Origin: an uncultured Gammaproteobacteria bacterium
GTDB taxonomy: Bacteria > Patescibacteriota > Patescibacteriia > SBBC01 > CAIJZX01
Assembly: GCA_964349465.1 (NCBI GenBank)
Contig: CAYGGC010000001.1
Location: forward strand, 124,375 to 188,374
Direction: 5' to 3'
DNA: 64,000 bases
Made by a program: the position numbers and the translations under genes. This document shows positions 1 to 8,440 of the stretch, piece after piece. Positions within the stretch are counted from its first letter, which is position 1, and each line of letters starts with the position of its first letter. Under the pieces are notes generated by a model. It was not told where the DNA came from, did not search any database, and saw only the letters and a program-made list of their open reading frames with translations.

Positions 1-2705
1 ATTGTCCAACCTGCCAGGGCGAGGGTTTTCTTATTCAGCAACATGGCGCATCACGTCGTTGTCCAACCTGCCAAGGTGTTGGCCTGACGACCTGGTGGTC
101 GGGAGCCTGGTGGACGTGGCGTCATCCGCTGACCGATTTTTCTATCGCTGAACGCCGGATGGAAAAAAGCATTCGGGTGGTGTTGTCAGCCGCGTGTCTC
201 GCTGTGTTTGGGCTCGGCCTGTGGTTTGGCGGGCGTGAGCTCGCCCCCGCGTTCGACCGTCAGGAAATTCTTTTTACTCTGCTGTCGCGCAGTTGGCCGA
301 TGACGATGTGGTGGTTTGGCTGGTTGGCGGTATTATTTTTCATTTTTCGTTTGATTCGTGCCAGGACCGCTTTTCCAAGCATACCTCGCGGTGCGCAAAC
401 GACACCAGCGGCAGACCTGAATTGGTCGAGCCCGGTTTCGTGGGGTGACGTGGCTGTTTGTTACACCGATGAGACGATGGCGGTCCTGGAACAGGCCTGG
501 CTGATGGCAAAATCCGCTCATGCCTCGACCCTGACACCTCTCCATGTTCTGGCTGCGGCGGTTACCAGGCCGAGCGTTGGAGCGATGTTTATCCGGTTGA
601 ATATTGCGCCGTCTGAATTGCGTGAGCGTGCTTTACGTACGACTGCTACGGCCACATCGTCTGATCCAGAGCTTGGTGCAGCGGTCCGAACGCTGTTGGT
701 CACGGCCTTTCATTTAGCGGCCCTTGATGGCCGTGAACGCGTGAGTCCACCGTATCTCGTGGCCGCGATGGCCGAGCTGGCGGATCCGGCGCGCGAATTA
801 CTCTACGATCTGAACGTTGATGAGCAAAAGTTTGCGCATGTGATTGAATGGATGAAGATTCAAGAAGACCTGCGTTTGAATTTGCGTCGTTATGCTAGTC
901 GTGCGGCCGCCAAACCGAAAGGGGCAATTGATCGCGCATATACCGCTTCGGCCACGCCCCTCTTGAATCGATTCAGTGTCGACCTGACTCGGTTAGCGCG
1001 TGACGGGCGTTTGCCGTACGTGATTGGTCGTGATGATCAACTCAAACACGCCTTCCGAATTGTTGAGAGTGGTCGCCGGAGCGTCCTCTTTGTTGGCGAA
1101 GCCGGAGTCGGATTAACGACCCTCCTTCACGCCGTCGCCGAACGCATGGTTACCGAAGATGTTCCGGAAACCCTGCAAGATAAACGCCTGGTGTTGCTGT
1201 CGGCTGCCTCCTTAGTAGCCGGCGCTGGGGCGGTCGGTCAGCTCGAAGAGCGAGTGGAGGCGATTTTGACTGAGATGGTGAATGCTGGAAATATTATTTT
1301 GGCAATTGAAGATCTTGACCAACTGGTCGGCGTGACGAGCACCGGGGGGAGCGGTCTTGATGCTGCTCATCTGATCGCCCAAGAGCTCAGTCAGCATAAC
1401 CTCATTGCGTTTGCGACTGTCACGTCGACGGCGTTTCGGCAAGTCATCGAACAAGCTGGAATTGTAAACTCCTTCGAAAAAGTCGATGTCCCAGAAATGT
1501 CGGCCGATGAATCAATCGTTGCGATTGAGTCGCGGATTGGATCCTTGGAGTACAAATACAAAATCATTTTCTCGTATGACGCGATTGCGCAAGCCGTCGC
1601 GCTCTCGAATCGCTATCTCCACGAAAAAACTTTACCAGGCAAAGCAATTGAGCTGATGGAAGAAGCGGCCGTCGCGGTGAAACGAGATCGCGGCGTTAAT
1701 GCACTCGTGTCGGGTGAAGATATTGCGAAGATTGTGACTGAGCAGACGAAGATTACCGTCACGGCTATGACCGGCGACGAGCAACAAAAACTTTTGCATT
1801 TAGAAGATGAGCTTCATCGTCGCGTGGTTGGACAAGATGAGGCGGTTAAGGCTGTCGCGAACGCGTTACGTCGGGCGAGAGCTGAGTTACGTGATACCAA
1901 GCGACCAATTGCCAACCTGTTATTCCTTGGTCCGACCGGGGTGGGAAAAACAGAATTAGCGAAAACCGTTGCCGCAAGTTATTTTGGCTCGGAAGAAGCG
2001 ATGATTCGCCTGGATATGTCGGAATATCAGGACGTCTCGAGCATCAATCGACTCCTCGGCGCACCGGCCGGGTATGCGGGGGCTCAGGCCGGTGGATACC
2101 TGACCGACGCGGTTCGACATAACCCGTTTAGCATTGTCTTGCTTGATGAATTAGAAAAGGCCCATCCGGATATTTTAAATCTGTTCCTGCAGGTGATGGA
2201 CGATGGTCGGTTAACCGACAATCTTGGACGGACTGTCGACTTTACGAATGTCATTCTTATAGCGACCTCGAATGCTGGTACGCAACACATTCAACAGCGC
2301 CTCACTGAGCAAGTCCCACTAACGACGATCAAGCAAGAGCTAGTGAGCGATGTACTACTGAAGTGGTACCGGCCGGAATTCTTAAACCGGTTTGACGCAA
2401 TTGTGCTCTTTACACCATTAAACCTTCAAGAAATTGAAACGATTGTCGGGTTGATGGTGAAGGGGATTGCTGACCGTTTAGCGGCGAAAGGCGTAACTCT
2501 CCAAGCTTCCCCGGCGGCGATTGCTGAATTAGCTCGAACCGGTTTTGATCCGTTGTATGGAGCTCGACCACTTCGCCGTGCGGTCCAAGAACATGTCGAT
2601 AATGCGCTGGCGCAATTTATGTTGCAAGGAAAACTCAATCGACGTGACGTTGCTATTCTTGAGCCGGGTGGCGCTATTCGGGTTGAGACTGCCACAAAGG
2701 TATAA
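1..2705 (+). CDS. ClpC/ClpB-like two-domain AAA+ chaperone ATPase, 5'-partial (ORF-track ATG at 159). N-terminal TM helices. The upstream in-frame stretch encodes DnaJ-type CxxCxGxG zinc-finger repeats.
   Basis: The 848-aa ORF has Clp_N-like repeats and two P-loops (GEAGVGLTT and GPTGVGKTE). The frame of the 159 ATG is stop-free back to base 3 and there reads CPTCQGEGF...CPTCQGVGL, so the CDS probably continues upstream of the window. Hydrophobic segments lie at aa 8-70 of the ORF. Confidence 0.8.
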   Translation, partial: CPTCQGEGFLIQQHGASRRCPTCQGVGLTTWWSGAWWTWRHPLTDFSIAERRMEKSIRVVLSAACLAVFGLGLWFGGRELAPAFDRQEILFTLLSRSWPMTMWWFGWLAVLFFIFRLIRARTAFPSIPRGAQTTPAADLNWSSPVSWGDVAVCYTDETMAVLEQAWLMAKSAHASTLTPLHVLAAAVTRPSVGAMFIRLNIAPSELRERALRTTATATSSDPELGAAVRTLLVTAFHLAALDGRERVSPPYLVAAMAELADPARELLYDLNVDEQKFAHVIEWMKIQEDLRLNLRRYASRAAAKPKGAIDRAYTASATPLLNRFSVDLTRLARDGRLPYVIGRDDQLKHAFRIVESGRRSVLFVGEAGVGLTTLLHAVAERMVTEDVPETLQDKRLVLLSAASLVAGAGAVGQLEERVEAILTEMVNAGNIILAIEDLDQLVGVTSTGGSGLDAAHLIAQELSQHNLIAFATVTSTAFRQVIEQAGIVNSFEKVDVPEMSADESIVAIESRIGSLEYKYKIIFSYDAIAQAVALSNRYLHEKTLPGKAIELMEEAAVAVKRDRGVNALVSGEDIAKIVTEQTKITVTAMTGDEQQKLLHLEDELHRRVVGQDEAVKAVANALRRARAELRDTKRPIANLLFLGPTGVGKTELAKTVAASYFGSEEAMIRLDMSEYQDVSSINRLLGAPAGYAGAQAGGYLTDAVRHNPFSIVLLDELEKAHPDILNLFLQVMDDGRLTDNLGRTVDFTNVILIATSNAGTQHIQQRLTEQVPLTTIKQELVSDVLLKWYRPEFLNRFDAIVLFTPLNLQEIETIVGLMVKGIADRLAAKGVTLQASPAAIAELARTGFDPLYGARPLRRAVQEHVDNALAQFMLQGKLNRRDVAILEPGGAIRVETATKV

Positions 2706-2748
2706 AAAACCGTCCAGGGGTAGCGGACGGGTGAGGGGCGCTCGCAGT

Positions 2749-3303
2749 TTAACGGCGAGAGGCCAGTTCTCGTTGGCGGATGATCATTCGTCCTCGGTTG
2801 AGCGCCTCTTTGGCGCTGAGTCCGGGCTTTCTCATCGGCTGAGTGCTCGGCTTGGAGCGGAGGAACTGAACGATAATGAGATCGTCATCTTCGCCGACGC
2901 GGCAGATCGCCCGCCCGTTCTTGATCACGAAGATCGTCGGGTCGGCAGCGTGCATCGCTGACATCAAGTAGACGAGACCGAGATCGGCCTGACTGGTCAA
3001 CCCAATCTCGAACCGTTCAGGTTCGATCCGGTGAAACCGCGGCCGATCGAGGCGCTCGAGGTACTCCCCGAAGCGGGTCAGGGTTTCCCGCCTGACCATG
3101 AACGCTGGCTTGCGCCATTCCGAGTTGATGGTGTTGACTAGGCGTCGACCGGCGGCCGTCATCTGGTCGGTGTGCCAACTCAAGTTGGTCAGGTTGACGA
3201 TCCGAAGGTCGTGGTGATGGACGTGAACCGGCTGACCGGAACTGGAAAGCAGATCATGACTGCAGGTGATGACCAAAGCAAATCCATGTGGATTCGTCGC
3301 CAT
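2749..3303 (-). CDS. Hypothetical His-rich protein of 185 aa. Start moved to the internal ATG, which has a GGAGGA RBS; the ORF track starts at a TTG at 3405.
   Basis: ATG at 3303-3301 is preceded by CACGGAGGAAGC. Contains the PVHVHHHD and SAMHAADP motifs. No confident family assignment. Confidence 0.4.
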   Translation of the reverse strand: MATNPHGFALVITCSHDLLSSSGQPVHVHHHDLRIVNLTNLSWHTDQMTAAGRRLVNTINSEWRKPAFMVRRETLTRFGEYLERLDRPRFHRIEPERFEIGLTSQADLGLVYLMSAMHAADPTIFVIKNGRAICRVGEDDDLIIVQFLRSKPSTQPMRKPGLSAKEALNRGRMIIRQRELASRR

Positions 3304-3410
3304 GCTTCCTCCGTGAAAGGTACACATCGTGGCTACCAGGGAACAGTGAACAACAACTGGCAACAGATGAAGGAGCACGATAGCATTTGACGCGGAAAAA
3401 GTCAAGATCC

Positions 3411-3439
3411 TTGAAGTTTTGCTCTGAAGTTGGTAGAAT
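3411..3439 (+). promoter_or_regulatory. Sigma70-like promoter of glyS: TTGAAG-17-TAGAAT, with the -10 hexamer ending 6 nt before the ATG (leaderless candidate).
   Basis: TTGAAG at 3411-3416 and TAGAAT at 3434-3439; ATG at 3446. Confidence 0.45.
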
Positions 3440-3445
3440 CAGCCC

Positions 3446-5146
3446 ATGTCAAAAGCTTCAGCTGACATGGAAAAAATCGTCAACTTAGCGAAACGCCGCG
3501 GGTTTGTTTTTCCGTCCAGTGAGATATATGGAGGTTTAGCTGGTTTTTGGGATTGGGGACCGCTTGGTGTTCTTCTAAAAAACAATATAAAACGAGAATG
3601 GTGGCGGACTTTTGTCCAAAAAAGGAGCGATATGGTTGGTATTGATGGCACAATAATTTCCGCACCCAAGGTTTGGATGGCAAGCGGGCATGTTGATACC
3701 TTTGCTGATTTTTTAGTTGATTGCCAAAACTGTAAACACAGATTTCGTGGTGATCATTTGATTGAGCAATATACTGAGCAAAGCATTGTAGATTTTGCAA
3801 TTGCTTATCTTAGCGATTGGATTGAGTCAATTAGCGAAAGATATGGTAATGCAATAGTTAAAAAAAAGATTTCTCTTGAAGACTTAAACATTAGGGTTGC
3901 TGAGTCAAGAAAAAATCTTCTCGAATCAGGTATTGATCCTGACGAGGTATTAGAGGAATCAAAAAAGAAAAAGAAATTGATAATAAAAAGTGCCTCTGAT
4001 CGTCAAGAAGACCTTTCTCTTGATGCGGAATTTGAAGCTTGGAAAAGGGTAAAATCAAACATAGGAGAATTTATTAATCATTACATATATTACTCCCAAA
4101 TTCCCTGTCCTTCATGCAAAAAAACTGGTGAGTTTACAAAAGCGAGAAAATTTAATTTAATGTTAAAAACCAATATTGGTCCCGTTGAAGACTCTAGTAG
4201 CACCGGGTATTTGCGTCCTGAAACCGCGCAAAGCATTTTCATTAACTTTGAAAATGTCCGTGAATCAACGAGGAAAAAGCTGCCATTTGGTATCGCCCAG
4301 ATCGGCAAAGCCTTCCGGAATGAAATCACGCCTGGAAATTTTGTGTTCCGCCAACGGGAATTCGAACAAATGGAAATCGAATATTTCGTACGGCCGGGCG
4401 ATGACGACGCGCATTTTTCCACCTGGGTTGAAATGTGTTATCAATGGTTCCTCTCTTTAGGACTGAAAGCCGAGCATCTGCGCAAGTTTGAACAGCCGGC
4501 CAGCGAGTTGGCGCATTACTCGAAAGCCACAACAGATATTGAATTCACCTTTCCAATTGAAAAGGGTTGGGGCGAATTAATGGGGATCGCGAATCGGACT
4601 GATTACGATTTGAAACAGCACGGGCAGCACGCGAAGGGGAGTCCCGAAGCTTTTGCGACGCCGATTGACGACGAAGGGAAAGAGAAAAAAGTCCCGTTTG
4701 TGATTGAGCCGTCGATGGGCGTTGATCGCGCGGCGCTGGCCTTTCTGCTCGATGCGTATACCATCATCGATGGTGGTCGGTCCACGACGACCGAAAGTAT
4801 TAAAGACGAAGAAGTGGTGCTCAAGTTGCACCCGCGTTTAGCGCCATACACCGTGGCGATTTTACCACTCTCAAAAAAGCCGGAGCTAACCGCGATCGCG
4901 GAACCGTTGCTGGCTGAGCTGCGAAAAACGTGGATGGTTGATTATGATCAAACTGGTTCGATTGGGAAGCGCTACCGACGTCAGGACGAAATTGGTACCC
5001 CGCTGTGCGTGACCGTTGATTTCGATACGATCGAAGGTGTGAAGCGCCCAAAGGGAACCGTCACCGTCCGTGATCGCGATACCATGGAACAACATAACGT
5101 CGCTATTGATGAACTTCCGGCCTACGTGGCGGAGCGTCTCCGCTAG
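3446..5146 (+). CDS. glyQS: Glycine--tRNA ligase, dimeric glyQS type.
   Basis: N-terminal MEKIVNLAKRRGFVFPSSEIYGG...WDWGPLG signature, class II motifs, paired CxxC knuckles, C-terminal anticodon-binding domain. The first ~800 bp are markedly AT-rich. Confidence 0.9.
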   Translation: MSKASADMEKIVNLAKRRGFVFPSSEIYGGLAGFWDWGPLGVLLKNNIKREWWRTFVQKRSDMVGIDGTIISAPKVWMASGHVDTFADFLVDCQNCKHRFRGDHLIEQYTEQSIVDFAIAYLSDWIESISERYGNAIVKKKISLEDLNIRVAESRKNLLESGIDPDEVLEESKKKKKLIIKSASDRQEDLSLDAEFEAWKRVKSNIGEFINHYIYYSQIPCPSCKKTGEFTKARKFNLMLKTNIGPVEDSSSTGYLRPETAQSIFINFENVRESTRKKLPFGIAQIGKAFRNEITPGNFVFRQREFEQMEIEYFVRPGDDDAHFSTWVEMCYQWFLSLGLKAEHLRKFEQPASELAHYSKATTDIEFTFPIEKGWGELMGIANRTDYDLKQHGQHAKGSPEAFATPIDDEGKEKKVPFVIEPSMGVDRAALAFLLDAYTIIDGGRSTTTESIKDEEVVLKLHPRLAPYTVAILPLSKKPELTAIAEPLLAELRKTWMVDYDQTGSIGKRYRRQDEIGTPLCVTVDFDTIEGVKRPKGTVTVRDRDTMEQHNVAIDELPAYVAERLR

Positions 5147-6824
5147 CTTTCTCTTGGCCGTAGGGTTGGCACTGCCGGCCCAGGCTCAAGGCTCGAATTG
5201 GACGATGTCGTTTTTTCGATCCGACATTTCTGTCCATGACGATGCAAGTATTACTGTCACCGAAACTATTCAGGCCGATTTTTCCGTCGCGAAACACGGT
5301 ATCTTCCGCAACATTCCCTGGCGATACACAACTGACGATGGGGGGACGATGCAGGTCCCGGTTCAGGTTACGCGAGTGGCTAGAAACGGGGAGTCTGAAC
5401 CGTACACAACCTCATACAGTGGTGACAATCTGGAAATAAAAATTGGTGACGCGGACACAACGATCACTGGTGAACAAACCTATACAATTGAGTATTCCGC
5501 CCAAGCGGCGGTGAACTTTTTTTCTGATCACGACGAGTTGTATTGGAACGCGACCGGACATGACTGGGAAGTGCCGCTCGGGGCGGTTGAGGTCTCCGTT
5601 CGACTTGATACGCTCGTTGCGAAAGATCAGCTTCAGGTTCGATGTTTGACTGGAGTCGTCGGCTCAACCGCATCGGACTGCGTGGCTACGACGGATGATT
5701 CCGCTGTTAGTGCAACAACCGTCGGACAACCGTTAACGGTGGTATTCGGTTGGCCGCCTGGCTTCGTGACGAAGCCGGAGAACTACGATCAGATCCGATC
5801 GACGGCCGGGACGACGTTAATTGAACGGATTTTCAAAACCCCAATTGTTTTTTGGGGCCTGAACGGAGCGTTCCCGTTGTTGGCGCTGATGGGGATGATG
5901 TGGCACTGGCGTCAACGCGGTCGCGATGTACCGGGCAAAGGGACCGTTATCGCGCAGTATGAGCCACCGTCGGGCCTGACGCCTGGGGAAATGGGTACCT
6001 TATACGACGAGCAGGCGAATCATCGCGACGTGATTGCGACGATGGTTGATCTCGCGGTCCGTGGTCACCTCACGATTACGCAGCTGACCACGAAGAAATT
6101 CCTTGGCACAAGCACTGACTACCAGCTCGACCAACTTCATCCGACGAAGACGACGCCTCTGAAGGATCATGAAAAGCAGATTTTGGAGGGACTGTTCAGT
6201 GGCGGAGAGCGTGTGACCTTATCAAAACTCAAAGGAACTTTTGCGGACGATGTAAAAAAAATACAGGGCTCGTTGTATGACCAGGTTCGTGATCAAGGAT
6301 ATTTTACGGCTAATCCAAATACGATCCGCACGCTCTATATTGTCGCCGGACTTATTGTGGCTGGGGCTGGTTTCTTCCTCGTACCCTTTTTGATCTTCGG
6401 GCCAATAGTGGTCGGCCTGGTAATTGCCGGAATAGGACCGTTCATGCCGAAGCGAACCGCCAAAGGGGCGGAAGCACTCTGGCACGCGAAAGGCTTTAAA
6501 TTGTTTCTCGAGAAGGCGGAAAAATATCGGATCAAGTGGCAAGAAAAAGAAAATATTTTTGAAACCTATTTGCCGTACGCGATGGCGTTCGGGGTGGCGG
6601 ATAAATGGACGAAAGCCTTCGAGGGTTTGCAAAGAGAATCGCCGGGCTGGTTTCATGGTAACGGGAACACGTTTAACACCATCATGTTTTGGTCCGCCTT
6701 GAATAGCTTTAGTACGGCCAGCGCGAAAAGCTTTGCCCCACCGGCGGCGAGTGGTGGGTCAGGCCTAGGCGGGGGCGGTTTTTCTGGCGGTGGCTTTGGC
6801 GGCGGCGGAGGCGGGTCATGGTAG
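5109..6824 (+). CDS. DUF2207-like membrane protein: signal peptide, extracellular domain, two TM helices and a Gly-rich C-terminal tail.
   Basis: Signal-peptide-like MNFRPTWRSVSASFLLAVGLALPAQA from the internal ATG at 5109 (ORF-track start 5070 overlaps glyS). C-terminal GGSGLGGGGFSGGGFGGGGGGSW is typical of DUF2207. Confidence 0.6.
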   Translation: MNFRPTWRSVSASFLLAVGLALPAQAQGSNWTMSFFRSDISVHDDASITVTETIQADFSVAKHGIFRNIPWRYTTDDGGTMQVPVQVTRVARNGESEPYTTSYSGDNLEIKIGDADTTITGEQTYTIEYSAQAAVNFFSDHDELYWNATGHDWEVPLGAVEVSVRLDTLVAKDQLQVRCLTGVVGSTASDCVATTDDSAVSATTVGQPLTVVFGWPPGFVTKPENYDQIRSTAGTTLIERIFKTPIVFWGLNGAFPLLALMGMMWHWRQRGRDVPGKGTVIAQYEPPSGLTPGEMGTLYDEQANHRDVIATMVDLAVRGHLTITQLTTKKFLGTSTDYQLDQLHPTKTTPLKDHEKQILEGLFSGGERVTLSKLKGTFADDVKKIQGSLYDQVRDQGYFTANPNTIRTLYIVAGLIVAGAGFFLVPFLIFGPIVVGLVIAGIGPFMPKRTAKGAEALWHAKGFKLFLEKAEKYRIKWQEKENIFETYLPYAMAFGVADKWTKAFEGLQRESPGWFHGNGNTFNTIMFWSALNSFSTASAKSFAPPAASGGSGLGGGGFSGGGFGGGGGGSW

Positions 6825-8437
6825 TGCGACTGCGGCGCCTCGTGCGGTGGTGGTATAAAACGGATTGGGCGATTGGGCTAACAGTATTTCTCATTGCTGT
6901 TATCCCACGGCTCATCCCTAGTGGGATGTTTATGGATCCTGATTCCGCGACCCTCTGGATTGGGCGGACGAGGGGTTTTCTCGAAGCCCTGCAGGGCGGG
7001 GATCCGAACCTCTTCGCGCCGAGTGTCCATCCCGGGGTGCCGCTGATGTGGCTCACGGCGGCGGGACTTGGTTGGTGGAAACTCGTCAGTGGATTTTTTT
7101 CTGGGCCCGACCAACTCGAAGCGTTTACCTGGATGGTAAAAGTGCCGCTGGCGCTGGTGACGAGTGGTCTAGCCGTTGGAGCGTGGCGCTACCTACGTCG
7201 GTGGGCTGCTCGACCCGTGGCGATACTAACGGCCGCGATCTTTGCGCTTGATCCGCTCTACCTTGTTTTTTCTCGGTATCAACATCTCGATGCTCTCGTC
7301 ACTGGTTTTGTGTTTGTTGGGCTCATCGCGACGTGGTCAGGTATTACTCAGCGACGATTCGGTGACCTGGCCGTCGGTTCCGCGCTCCTCGTGCTTGGAA
7401 TACTCACACGACTGAATGGCGGACTCGCGATTGTCGTCGCGGCAATTGGCCTGGCTTTTTTTTGGCCCCGTGGAGGCAAAAGAAAAGCGTGGTTGGTTTT
7501 TTGTCTATCCGGGAGCGTGACCGCCCTGATCGTTTGGCCGGCCATTCTCTTCGGACCGCAGGGGATTATCGATCTCCTCAACAATCGGATCGGCCTCGCG
7601 CTTGTCCCGCATGAAGTCGCGCCGAATGTCGATGTGATCCCGTGGGTTCGGGGCTTGCTGTATCCCTTGTTTATCCTGACTCGTGAATTTCCACTTCTAC
7701 TGGGCTTGGCCGCGGTTGGGGTAGTGAGACTCTGGCGAGGCCGAACCCCGTTCGACCGGTTTGGACAAGGACTAACTATTTTTTCGTTGGCCTATTACGC
7801 GATGCTTCTGGCCTTACCAAAAGACCTCGATCGGTACGCACTTCCACTTATCGGCCCGCTCGCACTATTTTCTGCACAAGGCATGTTGTGGATGTGGTCA
7901 AAACTGCCGACCAGGGTGTTTCGTTCCTTGTTCATTGGCCTGATGATCTTTCAACTCATACTGTTCTATCGGCTCGGTCCGTATTTCCAAACCTACCAGA
8001 ATTTTTTAACGAACCTTGCGCGCCAGACGCCGCTGGGGACCTCGCAGGCGCTTGATCCGGCCTGGGGCGAGGGAATTTCGGAGGCGGTCGCGTATCTCAA
8101 AAACGGTCAGCCTACGCTGCCGCCGACAGCGGCTTGGTTTGCTGGAGTAGCTTGTTATTACGGGAGCGCCCACAAGTCGACAGAGTATCCGTTTGTTGGT
8201 CGAGATCATTTGGCGTGCCCCCCCGGCTTACGTTGGTTAGCGACTCCGCAGGACGCTACCTACCTCATTCTTTCTCGCGATCAAATTGCGCAACGGATAT
8301 ATCCGAAACTCCTTGATGATATCGATCGGCTTGGTTGGCAACCGGAAAAAGTTATTTCGATCAACGGCGTCCCGCATGTGTATATCTATCGTAACCAAGG
8401 AGGTTTGGCTAAGCGGTACAAACTTACCGACCAATAA
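6818..8437 (+). CDS. GT-C fold glycosyltransferase, ArnT/PMT (family 39/83)-like integral membrane protein, paralog 1.
   Basis: Multi-TM N-terminal half with a periplasmic-loop DxD-like region. About 45% identity to the next gene. The start overlaps the upstream stop (ATGGTAG). Confidence 0.6.
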   Translation: MVVRLRRLVRWWYKTDWAIGLTVFLIAVIPRLIPSGMFMDPDSATLWIGRTRGFLEALQGGDPNLFAPSVHPGVPLMWLTAAGLGWWKLVSGFFSGPDQLEAFTWMVKVPLALVTSGLAVGAWRYLRRWAARPVAILTAAIFALDPLYLVFSRYQHLDALVTGFVFVGLIATWSGITQRRFGDLAVGSALLVLGILTRLNGGLAIVVAAIGLAFFWPRGGKRKAWLVFCLSGSVTALIVWPAILFGPQGIIDLLNNRIGLALVPHEVAPNVDVIPWVRGLLYPLFILTREFPLLLGLAAVGVVRLWRGRTPFDRFGQGLTIFSLAYYAMLLALPKDLDRYALPLIGPLALFSAQGMLWMWSKLPTRVFRSLFIGLMIFQLILFYRLGPYFQTYQNFLTNLARQTPLGTSQALDPAWGEGISEAVAYLKNGQPTLPPTAAWFAGVACYYGSAHKSTEYPFVGRDHLACPPGLRWLATPQDATYLILSRDQIAQRIYPKLLDDIDRLGWQPEKVISINGVPHVYIYRNQGGLAKRYKLTDQ

Positions 8438-8440
8438 GCT

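Noticed and set aside
2545-2961. 138-aa plus-strand ORF overlapping the clpC-like 3' end and the minus-strand gene
   Set aside because: Alternate-frame overlap with two better-supported genes, and no RBS.
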